64,000 bases of DNA from assembly GCA_963824735.1 (NCBI GenBank), contig CAWGQH010000014.1:74853-138852 (forward strand). The letters run 5' to 3'. The notes beneath the pieces were generated by a model. That model searched no databases and had not been told where the DNA came from. It saw only the letters and a list, made by a program, of their open reading frames with translations. The number at the start of each line of letters is the position of its first letter. Positions within the stretch are counted from its first letter, which is position 1. The stretch is from an uncultured Chloroflexia bacterium (GTDB lineage: Bacteria > Chloroflexota > Limnocylindria > Limnocylindrales > CSP1-4). The translations under genes and the position numbers were made by a program. Shown here piece after piece: positions 33,488 to 44,278 of the stretch.

Positions 33488-34391
33488 CCGGTTCGCCGAG
33501 CGCGGCCCGCACCTGGTCCCAGGTCGGCAGCCCGGCCTGTGCGCCCGGGACGAGCGTCGACAGGGCGGCCGCGACATTGGCCGCGCGAAGCGCCTCGGGC
33601 ACGCTCGCGTTGGCCGCGCGGAGCAGCGCGAAGCATGCGACGAACGCGTCGCCGGCCCCGGTCGTGTCAACCGGCGTGACCGGGTAGGCCGGCGCACGGA
33701 TCACCTCGCCGGACCGGTCGACTGCCAGTGAGCCGCCCTCGCCGAGCGTCACCACCACGAGGTTCGGGCCTCGCTGGAGAAGGGCATGCGCCGCACGCTC
33801 GGGATGGTTGGGCACGCCCGAGAGCAGCGAAGCTTCGACCTCATTGACGACGAGGACATCGGCCAAGCGGAGCAGGTCGCCGGGGATCGTACGGGTGGGG
33901 GCCGCGTTGAGGACGCGCAGGGTCCGTCCGCTCGTGGCGACCCGGAACGCCTCGTCGACCGCCTCGAGTGGCACCTCGAGCTGGGCGACGAGCAGGTCCG
34001 CGGCTTCGATGCGCGGTGCCGCGGCGCGGACGATCGCCGGCGTGCACGCGCCGTTGGCGCCCGGCGTCACGACGATCGTGTTCTCGCCGCGCGCGTCGAG
34101 GGTGATCGCGGCGAGCCCGGTCGGTCGGTCCGGATCCACGTGGAGACCGGCCAGGTCGATGCCGGCCGATGCGACGGCGCCCGCCGCGGCCCGCCCATCG
34201 TCGTCGTTCCCCACCGCGCCGATCAACGACGTCGCGGCCCCGAGGCGCGCCAGCGCGACCGCCTGGTTGGCGCCCTTGCCGCCGATCGCCCGGCTCGTGC
34301 CGCTCCCGAGCACCGTCTCGCCGCGTGCCGGCAGCTGGTCGACGTGGAGGAACAGGTCGACGTTGACGCTGCCGACGACGAATGCACGCAT
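33471..34391 (-). CDS. rbsK: ribokinase
   Basis: ATG 34391. GGKGANQAVA and DTTGAGDAF motifs. It is the C-terminal part of the listed 753-aa composite ORF. Confidence 0.9.
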   Translation of the reverse strand: MRAFVVGSVNVDLFLHVDQLPARGETVLGSGTSRAIGGKGANQAVALARLGAATSLIGAVGNDDDGRAAAGAVASAGIDLAGLHVDPDRPTGLAAITLDARGENTIVVTPGANGACTPAIVRAAAPRIEAADLLVAQLEVPLEAVDEAFRVATSGRTLRVLNAAPTRTIPGDLLRLADVLVVNEVEASLLSGVPNHPERAAHALLQRGPNLVVVTLGEGGSLAVDRSGEVIRAPAYPVTPVDTTGAGDAFVACFALLRAANASVPEALRAANVAAALSTLVPGAQAGLPTWDQVRAALGEPATAPG

Positions 34392-34615
34392 GGGACGCGG
34401 CGACGGACCAGGCATCCTCACCGGCGGATCATCACAGATTGCGGGCCGCGCCACCGACACCGAATGGCAATCGGAACGTGACGAATGGATGCTGTTCGGG
34501 CGACCCGGGGAGGCACAGGATGCGCGCGTTGCCCGTCTCGCGCGGGCCCTGCGGTGCGTGTCGTGCAGTGAGGCAAGCCGTCGGGAAAGCTCGCGCGGGG
34601 CGGGCCGCCACGTTC

Positions 34616-35732
34616 TCAGTCGAGCAGTCGGCGGGTCGCCTCCGCGATGACCAGGTCCTCGCGGGCGGCGACGCGCAGGACGGCCGGACCTGCTCCGCGG
34701 GACGTCAGGACGGCATCCTCCTCCGAATCGCCGAGCGACGTGGGCAGGCCCAGGACCCCCAGCCGGCCGACGATCCGCGCGCGGACCGGCGCCGCGTGCT
34801 CCCCGATCCCGCCGGTGAACACGAGGGCGTCGAGGCGCGGGAGCGCGGTGGCCGCCGCCGCGATCCATTCCGCGGCGCGTCGCACGAACAGCTCGATCGC
34901 CAGCGCGGCGCCCTCGTCGCCCCCCGTCTCGCGCTCGAGCAGCTCGCGCATGTCGGCGCTGCCGGCGACGCCGAGGAGGCCGGATTCGTGTTCGAGACCT
35001 TCGTCCAGCTCGTCGGGCGTGACGCCGGCATGCAGCAGGCGGACGAGGATCCCCGGGTCGACGGAGCCCGAGCGGGTCCCCATCATCAGGCCCTCGAGCG
35101 GGGTCATGCCCATCGACGTCCAGGCCGAGCGACCGGCGTCGACGGCCGTCACCGAGCAGCCGCTGCCGAGGTGCGCGACGACGAGCGCGAGGTCGTCGGA
35201 CGGTGTCTCGAGCAGCTCGGCAGCTCGTCCCGTGGCCCATTCGACCGACAGCCCGTGGAAGCCGAACCGGCGCAGGCCGTGCCGCTCGGTCCACGCGGCG
35301 GGCAGCGGGTAGGTGAACGCCGGCGGCTGGCAGCGTCGCGTGGAATGCCGTGTCGAAGGCGGCCGCCTCGGGTACCCCGGGGAGTGCCACCAGCGCCGCG
35401 CGGATCGTCTCGACCGCGACCGGGTTGTGGAGCGGGGCGAGGTCGGCGAGCCCATCGAGCTCATCGAGCACCTCGTCGTCGATGAGCGTCGGGGCCGTGA
35501 ACCGCGTCCCGCCGTGGACCACGCGGTGACCGATCGCCTCGATCGAGCCAACGGGGATGCCCTCGACCACGAGACGCTCGAGGAGGGCTTCGAAGTCGGC
35601 ATCGCGCCCCTCGGCCCGGGTCGCGTCGGCACCCCATTCGAGCGTGGTCGCGAACAGGGCATCCCGGCTGTCGCCATCCAGCACGCTCGCCTTGAGCGTG
35701 CTCGAGCCGGCGTTCAGGACGAGAACGCGCAT
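34616..35732 (-). pseudogene. ackA: acetate kinase, frame-shifted in this sequence
   Basis: The N-terminus MRVLVLNAGSSTLK...AFDTAFHATLP reads in one frame. AFTYPLPAAWTERHGLRRFGFHGLS... to the stop at 34616 reads in another. The switch lies within about 35318-35332. Confidence 0.85.
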
Positions 35733-35751
35733 CGGGCGGCGAACCGTGCCG

Positions 35752-38157
35752 TCAGTCCCGCTGCCAGCGCCAGGAGGTGATGTCCTCCGAGTCGTGGCCG
35801 TGCCCGACGATGAACTGGCGGTGCTCCTCCATCAGGAGCAGGTAGCGGTCCACCGCCCGGGCCCCTTCGTGCGTCTCCGCCCGTCCGCTGCGCCGGATCG
35901 CCTCGATCGCCAGCTGGTAGCGGCTCGCGCCGTTGCGGATCAGCATGTCGAAGGGCGTGGTGGTGATGCCCTCCTCGACGTAGCCGCGGACATGGAAGCG
36001 GGTCGGGTTCGCGCGCGCCGAGATCAGCTGGTGGATCGCCGACGGGTAGCCGTGGAAGCTGAACACGACCGGCTTGTCGGCCGTGAACAGCGCGTTGAAC
36101 GGCTCGGTCTCGAGCGCGTGCGGGTGCGACCTCCGCGACTCGAGGCGCATCAGGTCCATCACGTTGACCATCCGCACGCGCAGGTCGGGCACGTCGGCGG
36201 CCAGCAGGTCGATCGCGGCGAGGATCTCGTTCGTCGGCATCATGCCGGCCGCGGCCATCACGACGTCGGGGTCGATCCCCTCGTCGGTCGACGCCCAGCG
36301 CCAGATCGAGGCGCCCGCGTCGGCATGGGCCTTGGCCTCGTCCATCGACAGCCACTGCGGCAAGGGCTGCTTCGTGGCGATCACCAGGTTGATGTAGCCG
36401 GTGGAGCGCAGGCAGCGGGCGACGGTCTCGGCGAGCGTGTTCGAGTCGGGCGGCAGCGTGATCCGCAGGACCGTGCCCTTCTTCGTGAGCAGGCTGTTGA
36501 TGAAGCCCGGGTTCTGGTGCGAGTAGCCGTTGTGGTCCTGGCGCCACGCGTCCGACGTGAGCAGGATGTTGAGCGACCCGAGCGGCAGCCGCCACGGGAT
36601 CTCGTTCGACACCTTGAGCCACTTGGCGTACTGCGCGATCTGCGAGTCGACGATCTGGATGAACGCCTCGTAGCACGGGAACAGGGCGTGCCGGCCGGTC
36701 TTGAGGTAGCCCTCGAGGAAGCCCTCGCAGAGGTGCTCGGCGAGGACCTCGACGACCCGCCCGTCGGGCGTGAAGCGGCTGTCGGCCTCGTCTGACCAGA
36801 GGTGCGCGCGCCCGGTCACCTCGAGCACCGCCCCGAGCTTGTTCGATTCGAGCTCGTCCGGGCAGAAGATCCGGAAGTTGCGGTCATCCTCGGTGCGCCG
36901 CATCACCTCGCGCAGGTAGGCCCCGACCTGGTCGAGCGCGCCGGCGTCCGACGCGCCGGGCTGGTCGACCGGGACGGCCACGATCGACGCGTCGGGCAGA
37001 TCCATCGGCCGCCGCACCCGTCCGCCGATCGCATCGTCGACCATGCCCAGCCGCAGGTCGCCCTTCGGCACGAACTCCTGGATGTCGGGGGCCGGGCTGC
37101 CGTCGATCTCGAACAGCTCCTCGGGCTTGTACGAGCGCAGCCACGCCTCGACGATCGCGAGGTGGTCCGGGTTCGTCTTGAGGTCGCCGGCAGGCACCTG
37201 GTGGGCACGGAACGAGCCTTCGACCTTCTTGCCGTCGACCTCCTTCGGCCCGGTCCAGCCCTTCGGCGTCCGCAGGACGATCATCGGCCACGCCGGCTTC
37301 AACTCCGTGGTGCCCGAGCGGGCCTGGCCCTGGATCCGGCCGATCAGCTCCCAGGCCTCGTCGAGCGCCGCGGCCATCCGGGCGTCGACGCCATCGTCGT
37401 CACCCGAGACCACGAGCGGGGTCCAGCCGAGGCCGCGGTAGAGCGTGAGCAGCTCGTCGTCGCTCATCGTCCCGGCGATCGTGGCGGAGCTGATCTTGTA
37501 GCCGTTGACGTCGAGGATCGGCAGGACGGCACCGCCGGTCCGCGGGTCGAGGAAGCGGTTGCTGTTCCAGGAGCCGGCCGTCGGTCCGGTCTCGGCCTCG
37601 CCGTCGCCGACGATGCACGCCACCAGCAGGTCCGGGTTGTCCATCGCCGCCCCGAACGAGGTCGCCAGCGCATAGCCGAGCTCGCCGCCCTCGTGGATCG
37701 TGCCCGGCGTGCCCGGCGTCAGGTGGCTCGGGAAGCCGCCCGGCCAGGAGAACGAACGGACGAAGCGCTCGACGCCGGCCGCGTCGCGCGTCATGTCCGG
37801 GTAGAACTCCTCGAGCGACCCGTCGAGGTAGTGGTTGGCAAGGTTCGCCGCGGCGCCGTGGCCCGGACCCGTCACCAGCAGGACGCGCGCCTGGCGCTCG
37901 TTCACGAGCCGGTCGAGGTGGGCGTAGACGAGGTTGATCGCGGGCGCCGCGCCCCAGTGCCCGAGCAGGCGCGGCTTGATGTCGTCGGCACTGAGCGGCT
38001 CGCGCAGCAGCGCGTTCGACTTCAGGTAGACCTGGGCGGCCGCGAGGAAATTCGTCGCGCGCCGGTAGCGGCGGATGATCGCGTACGGGTCGCCGGTCTC
38101 GAGCGCCTCGCGAGCAGCCGCGGCGGCGGTGGAAGGCTGGACGGTTGGGGTGGTCAT
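35752..38157 (-). CDS. xfp: phosphoketolase (xylulose-5-P/fructose-6-P)
   Basis: About 800 aa with LLGHWG and HEGGELGY motifs. ATG 38157 preceded by AGGAGA. Confidence 0.95.
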   Translation of the reverse strand: MTTPTVQPSTAAAAAREALETGDPYAIIRRYRRATNFLAAAQVYLKSNALLREPLSADDIKPRLLGHWGAAPAINLVYAHLDRLVNERQARVLLVTGPGHGAAANLANHYLDGSLEEFYPDMTRDAAGVERFVRSFSWPGGFPSHLTPGTPGTIHEGGELGYALATSFGAAMDNPDLLVACIVGDGEAETGPTAGSWNSNRFLDPRTGGAVLPILDVNGYKISSATIAGTMSDDELLTLYRGLGWTPLVVSGDDDGVDARMAAALDEAWELIGRIQGQARSGTTELKPAWPMIVLRTPKGWTGPKEVDGKKVEGSFRAHQVPAGDLKTNPDHLAIVEAWLRSYKPEELFEIDGSPAPDIQEFVPKGDLRLGMVDDAIGGRVRRPMDLPDASIVAVPVDQPGASDAGALDQVGAYLREVMRRTEDDRNFRIFCPDELESNKLGAVLEVTGRAHLWSDEADSRFTPDGRVVEVLAEHLCEGFLEGYLKTGRHALFPCYEAFIQIVDSQIAQYAKWLKVSNEIPWRLPLGSLNILLTSDAWRQDHNGYSHQNPGFINSLLTKKGTVLRITLPPDSNTLAETVARCLRSTGYINLVIATKQPLPQWLSMDEAKAHADAGASIWRWASTDEGIDPDVVMAAAGMMPTNEILAAIDLLAADVPDLRVRMVNVMDLMRLESRRSHPHALETEPFNALFTADKPVVFSFHGYPSAIHQLISARANPTRFHVRGYVEEGITTTPFDMLIRNGASRYQLAIEAIRRSGRAETHEGARAVDRYLLLMEEHRQFIVGHGHDSEDITSWRWQRD

Positions 38158-38256
38158 CGGGGCGTCTCCTGGAGGTCGCGTCGTACCCGTGTTCCGCGGT
38201 TCCACCCTAGCCCATCCCGCTGTGGCCGTCACAGGGGCGTACGACCCTCGAGTGGG

Positions 38257-39216
38257 TCAGACGTCCCTCCCCGCCATCTGCTCAATCAGCGCTTCGGCGT
38301 TGGTCGGCGGGGCCACCGTCTCACGGACGACCAGCACGGAGCACGGCGCATGCAGCAGCACGTTGCGCGCCACGCTTCCCAGGAGCAGTCGTTTGAGTCC
38401 GGTGTTCCCGCGAGTGCCGAGTACCAGCAGCCCTGTCCGGTTCGCCTTCGTATACGCAACGATTTCGTGGGCCGGTTCGCCGGCGCGGACGACAGGGTTC
38501 GCCCGGTGGCCGAGCTGCTCGAACCGGGCGACAGCCGCAGACGCAACAGCGCGCGCCTCCCGATTGGCTTCGCCAATGCCCTCCCGATAGAGCTCCATCG
38601 TCTCGTTGTAGAGGGCCGGGGAGGCCGCGGTCTCGAAGGGGAGAACGGTGTCGGTGACCGTGAGCACCGTGATCGGGGCATCGGGCGGAAGGCTCAGGCC
38701 TTCGAGGACGGTCGCCGCGACCCGTGCGCTCGGCGACCCGTCGTCGGCGAAGACGATGGGGCTGGTCTCCGAGGATCGCGCCACCAGCACCGCGCAGGGA
38801 GCGTGGTCCACGACCTCTGCGGAGACCGAGCCGAGCACCATCGTTTCGATCGTCCCGTGGCCGCGGCTTCCCACCACGATCAAATCCGCCCGTAAGGCAC
38901 GCGCCTCCCGGAGGATCAGGCTGGCCGGGCGGCCGCGGAACAGGAACCGCTCGATCATGGCATCGGGATGGGCCAGGCTGAGGCTGCGCTCCGCGTCGGC
39001 GAGCGCCACGGCGTGAACCCGGGCGTCAGGATCGCGGTAGCGGTCCTCCTCTGGCTCGTGCGCGGTCTCGGGCGTCCAGCTGGCCGCGATGTTTGCGCCG
39101 CGTGGGGCGACGCTCACTATTCGGATCGTCGTGCCCGCCGGCACCGGCATGGCCGAGACCAGATCTCGAGCTCGTTCGGCAGACTGGGACCCATCGGTCG
39201 CAAGCAGGATTCGCAT
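38257..39216 (-). CDS. universal stress protein (tandem USP domains)
   Basis: MRILLATDGS... and ...GSRGHG / GTRGNTGLKRLLLGSVA motifs, each twice. AAGGAGG RBS before ATG 39216. Confidence 0.85.
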   Translation of the reverse strand: MRILLATDGSQSAERARDLVSAMPVPAGTTIRIVSVAPRGANIAASWTPETAHEPEEDRYRDPDARVHAVALADAERSLSLAHPDAMIERFLFRGRPASLILREARALRADLIVVGSRGHGTIETMVLGSVSAEVVDHAPCAVLVARSSETSPIVFADDGSPSARVAATVLEGLSLPPDAPITVLTVTDTVLPFETAASPALYNETMELYREGIGEANREARAVASAAVARFEQLGHRANPVVRAGEPAHEIVAYTKANRTGLLVLGTRGNTGLKRLLLGSVARNVLLHAPCSVLVVRETVAPPTNAEALIEQMAGRDV

Positions 39217-39332
39217 CTGAAGGCCTCCTTCGGGCGCCCTCATCGTCGCGCATGCCCGGCGCCTCGCAACGTGACGAAGGGCCCGATTCCACGCACCTTG
39301 CGGCCCCTCAATTCCTCGAACCCCGCCGGGTG

Positions 39333-41043
39333 TCAGCCCCGTCCGGCCAGATCCCGCAGCAATGCCTCAGCGTCGGCCGGGACGAGCGGCAGGCCCATCG
39401 CCGCGGCGACACGCGCCGCAGGCGGCGGGCGCAGGCCGGTCGACGCGAGCAGCTCGAGATGTGCCGGCGCAAACACGCTCGACGGTGGCCCGTCCGCCAC
39501 GACCTCGCCCTGGCGCATCACGACGATCCGCTCGAAATGTGCGGCTGCGAACTCCATGTCGTGGGTGATGGCGACGATCGACTTGCCGGCCGCCTGCAAG
39601 GCGTCGATGATCCGGCCCACCCGTGCGACGCCCGGTGCGTCCTGGCCCGTCGTCGGCTCGTCGAGCACGACCGCGGCGGGATCGGCCGCCAGCACCGAGG
39701 CAAGCCCGACGAGCTTCCTGGTGGACAGGTCCAGGTCGTAGGGGTTCGTGGCGCGCACCGCGTCCAGCCCACAGAGCTCGATGGCCTGCCCGACGAGACG
39801 AGTCACCGTCTCGAGAGGCAGACCCATCCGCCGCGGCCCGAAGCCGACCTCCCGTTCGACGCTCCGCTCGAAGAGCTGGTCGTCCGGGCTCTGGAAGACA
39901 AACCCGACGCGCTCCGCCAGGCGGTTGATCGGCTCCGCAGCGGTGTCCTCGCCTCCGAGCAGGACACGACCGGCAGTCGGTCGCAGCAGGCCGTTGAGAT
40001 GCTTCACGAGCGTGGTCTTGCCTGACCCGTTCTGACCGACGATCGCGACGGTCTCGGTCGGCTCGATCCGGAGCGACACCGAGCGCAGCGCCTCGACGCC
40101 GCTCGGGTAGCTGAATCGGACCTCTTCCAGCGCGATCGCCACCGGCTGACGGTCCCGGACCGGCGTCCACTCGAGAGCGGCTGGCGGGGAGTCGGAGCCG
40201 TCCAGCGGCCACGGCCCGCGACGCGCAGCCAGCGCCGCCGCCACGAACGACTCGTCGAACGCCCGCGCCGGATCGGCCCCGGCAGCTTCCGCGAGCCGGA
40301 CCAGCGTCGGAGGCTGGAGCCCGTCGGGGAGTCCGCCCGTGCCGAGCGCCCTGCCCGGAATGTCGAACGCCGCCAACCGGCCTGTCTCCAGGACGGCCAC
40401 GCGGTCCATGGTCCGCAACACGGCCGGGTCGTGTTCGGTGCACAGCACCCCGGCCCCGTCCCGTGCCAGCTCGGCCAGCAGGTCGGCGATCGCCTCGCTG
40501 CCGGCCGGATCGAGCTGCGCGGTCGGTTCGTCCAGCACCACCACGCCCGTGCCCATCGCGACGATGCTCGCAATGGCAACACGCTGCTGCTCGCCACCGG
40601 ACAGGGCGAACGGCTCGCGCTCCGCGAGGTGCGCGATCCCGAGCCGCGCGAGGACCGCGTCGATCCGGGCGTCCATCTCCGACCGCGGCACCGCGAGGTT
40701 CTCCAGCCCGAAAGCGAGCTCCTCGCGAACAGTCAGCTTCGAGGCGGAGAGCTGGTTGGCGGGAGTGGCGAAGACGATTCCGACCCGCCCGAGGAGGTCC
40801 TTCGACGCCGGCCGTCACGAGGTCCGTGTCGCCGAGCATCGCGCGGCCCTCGACCTTCGCGCGCACGACCCGCGGGATGAAGCCCGCCGCAAGCAGCGCG
40901 AGCGTCGACTTGCCCGCGCCGGTCCGCCCGGCGACGCCGATCCGCGTGCCAGGAGCAATGGAGACACTGACGCCGTCGAGCGCGTCGGCGCGTGCAGCCG
41001 GGTAGCGCACCCGCACGTTCTCGAGCGTGACGTTGTCGGTCAT
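39333..41043 (-). pseudogene. fused double ATPase of an ECF transporter (EcfA-EcfA', YkoD-like), frame-shifted in this sequence
   Basis: The first Walker A (GRTGAGKST) and MTDNVTLENV start at ATG 41043, in one frame. DLLGRVGIVFATPANQL onward (Q-loop, LSGGEQQR, second GQNGSGKTT) is in another frame. The switch lies at about 40797-40802. Confidence 0.85.
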
Positions 41044-41819
41044 CCGGGGAGCACGCCGGCCAGGGCCACGACGACGACCGCGACCATCGCCGCGATCAGC
41101 GCGAAGCGTGCCACCCGGTCCATGGGCGGGTCCGCCACGACCCGGTAGGCCGTGCGGTCGGGCCGCGCGCCGAAGCCGCGCGCCTCGAGCGCGAACGTCC
41201 GCTCGCGCACGTCGATCAGCGAGCCGAGCAGCACCGGCCCGACCAGCGGCAACAGGGCCCGGATCCGCGTCCCGATCGAGCCGGTCACGGGCAGTCCGCG
41301 AGCCTGTTGCGCCTCGAGGATCGAACCGGCCCGCGCCTGGAGTCGAGGGACCATCTGGACCGCGGACAGCACGACGAACGCGATCCGGTGGCTCGCGCCC
41401 CGGGCAATGAGGGACTCGAGCAGGTCGTCGGCGAGCGTCGAAAGGAGGAACGTCACCGAGGCGAGGAACGCGACCAGGACGCGCCCGGCCGAGATCAGCC
41501 CGAACGTCAGCCCTTCGCGAGTGATCCCGAACGGGCCGATCCCGACGATCTCGTCGGTGGCGCCGGGGAAGAGGAACGCGTTGACGACGAGGATCGACAG
41601 GAGCAGGACGGCCGGGATGCGCATCGCGCGGACCAGGTTGGACAGGATCCCCGCCGACCAGGCAATCAACACCACGACGAAGATCAGGATCGGCAGGACC
41701 CACGGCGGCAGCAGGAACGCGGCCAGCAGCACCCAGCCGAGCGCGAGCAGTTTCGTCAGCGGGTTCCGCCGATGGAGCCAGCTGTCGCCGGGCAGGTAGT
41801 AACCGGTCGCCGCGGGCAT
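41040..41819 (-). CDS. ecfT: ECF transporter T component (EcfT/CbiQ family)
   Basis: 259 aa with 5-6 TM helices. Conserved ARG-type coupling helices (EAQQARG..., ALEARGFG). Its stop overlaps the ATPase start (ATGA). Confidence 0.85.
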   Translation of the reverse strand: MPAATGYYLPGDSWLHRRNPLTKLLALGWVLLAAFLLPPWVLPILIFVVVLIAWSAGILSNLVRAMRIPAVLLLSILVVNAFLFPGATDEIVGIGPFGITREGLTFGLISAGRVLVAFLASVTFLLSTLADDLLESLIARGASHRIAFVVLSAVQMVPRLQARAGSILEAQQARGLPVTGSIGTRIRALLPLVGPVLLGSLIDVRERTFALEARGFGARPDRTAYRVVADPPMDRVARFALIAAMVAVVVVALAGVLPG

Positions 41820-41864
41820 CCTGTGCTGCAGGCCGTCAGCCGGCCGAGGCGTTTACGGCGAGCA

Positions 41865-43082
41865 TCACGCGCTGACTGCTGCCTCGCCGCGGCTGAACAT
41901 CGTGCGAACCGTGATCGGGAGCGCCCCGAGGATGAAGAAGACGATCGTGTAGCTGATCGTCTTGTCGAGCGGGTCGCTCGTCAGGCCCTGCGCGAAGACC
42001 GACTGGAATACGCCCAGCCCGAGCGCTCGGTAGGCCGACACGAGGATGTCCGTCCCGGTTCCGGTAACACCGCCGAACACGCCGGCGGCGATCGGCGCCG
42101 AGATCACGGCCGCGACGATGCCCGTGGTGATCCCGCCGACCCACACCGGGAACAGGCGGGCATTCTCGCCGCGCCGCGCCCATGTCCAGGCCAGGAACCC
42201 GACGACCGCCGCGAAGACGAGCACGATGATGAGGCCGAGTGGATCCTGGATCGCGAGCCCGGTCAGGTTCGCGCCGCCGAGGAAGCCGTCGGGCGTGCCT
42301 TCGTCGGTCAGGCCGTCGATGCCGGAGAAATAGCCGTTCGGTGCGAAGAGCAGGCGGAGGAACGCGAACAGCAGCGCGAACGCGCTGATGGCAGTTGCCG
42401 CGGACAGGTAGGGATGGATCCGCGAATCGTTCGGCTCGAAGGCGAACACGCTGCGTCCGGTGAGCCACGCCACGGCCACGCCGATCGCGACGATGAGCAG
42501 GCCGAGAGTCACGAACCGCGTCTGCGAGCCAAGGTCCTCGAAGTCGAACGTGAGCCCGATCGTCTGCTGGATCACGAGCATTGCGATCGCGGCCGCGCCG
42601 ATCCCGGCGGCCAGCGCGAGGAAGCGACCCACTCGTTCGTCGTCCGTCCGCAGGCGGAAGACCCCCTGACTTGCCCAGAAGCCGGCCATGAGGCCGATCA
42701 CGCCGGCGACCGGGGCGAAGAACGCGATCGTCGGGCCGGCGCCGCCGGGTACCGGCAGGATCGACCAGATCAGGTTCGACAGCAGGCCGGTCAGGGCGCC
42801 GGCCCACGGCCCGGCAAGCACGCCGACGAGCACGGTCCCGATCGAGTCGAGGTAGATCGGCACGCGCAGTGCGACCGCGATCGCGCCGACGGCGATGTTG
42901 ATCGCGATCGCCACGGGCATGAGCGACAACGTGGACGTCTCAAGGTCACGCGAGCGGCGGCCGATGATGGCGACAAGGACCACGCCGACGATGACCGCGA
43001 TCAGGTAGATGACCTGGACCGTGGGGATGCAGCCCTCGGTCTGCCCTTCGCCACAGACCTGCAGCCAGCTCAAGCTGTCCAT
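41865..43082 (-). CDS. oversized ECF S-component-like membrane protein (~405 aa)
   Basis: PIYLDSIGTVLVGVLAGPWAGALTG and C-terminal ...GLTSDPLDKTISY resemble S components, with extra TM helices in between. GGAGG lies 6 nt upstream of ATG 43082. Confidence 0.65.
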   Translation of the reverse strand: MDSLSWLQVCGEGQTEGCIPTVQVIYLIAVIVGVVLVAIIGRRSRDLETSTLSLMPVAIAINIAVGAIAVALRVPIYLDSIGTVLVGVLAGPWAGALTGLLSNLIWSILPVPGGAGPTIAFFAPVAGVIGLMAGFWASQGVFRLRTDDERVGRFLALAAGIGAAAIAMLVIQQTIGLTFDFEDLGSQTRFVTLGLLIVAIGVAVAWLTGRSVFAFEPNDSRIHPYLSAATAISAFALLFAFLRLLFAPNGYFSGIDGLTDEGTPDGFLGGANLTGLAIQDPLGLIIVLVFAAVVGFLAWTWARRGENARLFPVWVGGITTGIVAAVISAPIAAGVFGGVTGTGTDILVSAYRALGLGVFQSVFAQGLTSDPLDKTISYTIVFFILGALPITVRTMFSRGEAAVSA

Positions 43083-43146
43083 CAATTCCCTCCTCGGGGC
43101 ATCGGCTGCTGGGGCATGCCGAATGCCGGGCCCGAATCCTCCCGCG

Positions 43147-44184
43147 CTAGCGTGCCACGTTCGCCCGGCTCGCCGCTAGCCCACCGACGCGCTCGACGAA
43201 CCGGTCGAGGAACTCAGCCGCATCGCCCTCGACCGCGACGTCGACGTTCGGCGGCCTGCCCCACACCCGGCGCCAGTCGGTGACGGTCTCGCCGGCGGTC
43301 AGGGTGCCGGCCAGCTCCACGTCCACGGTCAGTGCCTCGGTCCGGACGAGGCTCCGGTCGAGGGTTGCGGCGACCGCGAACGGGTCGTGCACGAACGCGC
43401 CGTAGAACCCGTCGTAGCGGCTGTGGAACTCCATGTAGAAACGGAGCGCGTCGGCGAGGAAGCGGACGACCGGGTTCGAGGCCACCGAACCGTCGCGCTC
43501 GTCGGCCGACTCGTCCGCCTCGCTCCCGGCACGCTGGGCGAGCGCCGTCATGTGTTCCGGGGTGAACCTGGCCTTCTCGGTCACGTCGAGCCCAAGCGCA
43601 AGCGGGCGCGGCACGTCGTCGCCAGTCGCCGACCAGGCGTCGAACGAACGCTTCGCGGCCTCGGGATCGCAGTGGATGTTCCATTCGGTCGTGGGCGCGG
43701 TGTTGCCGGGAATGCGGTACGCGCCACCCATCAGCACCCACGAGCGCAGCAGCCGCGGCAGGTTCGGCTCGCGGTCGAGCGCGATGGCCAGGTTCGTCAG
43801 CGGACCGAGCGTGACGAGGGTCACCTCCCCGGGGCGGGCCCGCGCCGTCTCGACGATGACGTCGGCGCCGTGCCGCTCCGAGACCGGGCGCCGCGGCGGC
43901 GGCAGCTCCGCGTAGCCGATCCCGCGCGGCCCGTGGGTCTCGGGTGTCGTCTCCAGGGTGCGGACCAGCGGCACCTCGCGCCCGAGCGCCACCTCGATGT
44001 CGTCGCGTCCGGCGAGCTCGAGCACGGCCAGGGTGTTCTCGACGACCTGCTTCGCCTCGACGTTGCCCGAGCAGCACGTCACGGCGAGCAGCTCTGCCTC
44101 GGGCGAGGCGCAGGCGTACAGCAGGGCCAGACTGTCGTCGATGCCGGTGTCGACGTCGAGGAGGAGGGGAGCACGCGGTGTCAC
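43147..44184 (-). CDS. nucleoside hydrolase (IUNH family)
   Basis: GTG 44184. N-terminal LLLDVDTGIDDSLAL (DxDxxxDD) and ...WNIHCDPEAA motifs. Confidence 0.85.
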   Translation of the reverse strand: MTPRAPLLLDVDTGIDDSLALLYACASPEAELLAVTCCSGNVEAKQVVENTLAVLELAGRDDIEVALGREVPLVRTLETTPETHGPRGIGYAELPPPRRPVSERHGADVIVETARARPGEVTLVTLGPLTNLAIALDREPNLPRLLRSWVLMGGAYRIPGNTAPTTEWNIHCDPEAAKRSFDAWSATGDDVPRPLALGLDVTEKARFTPEHMTALAQRAGSEADESADERDGSVASNPVVRFLADALRFYMEFHSRYDGFYGAFVHDPFAVAATLDRSLVRTEALTVDVELAGTLTAGETVTDWRRVWGRPPNVDVAVEGDAAEFLDRFVERVGGLAASRANVAR

Positions 44185-44278
44185 GGCGCGGAATCGTAGC
44201 GGATGCCGGTGGTATCCTCGCGGCCGGGCGGCCCACCGCGACGCACCAGGTCGCCCAGGGAGGGTTGGACGGCGGCCC

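Noticed and set aside
33471-35732. A 753-aa ORF that looks like an acetate kinase / ribokinase fusion protein.
   Set aside because: Only the first ~130 aa (AckA N-terminus) and the last ~306 aa (ribokinase) are protein-like. The middle is Arg-rich out-of-frame read-through of the ackA body and the intergenic region. The real ackA C-terminus is in ORF 34616..35677.
44185-44278. A TPP or other vitamin riboswitch upstream of the ECF / nucleoside hydrolase genes.
   Set aside because: The region is too short (94 nt, shared with the divergent S8 gene) and lacks the CUGAGA / ACCUGA-type conserved boxes.
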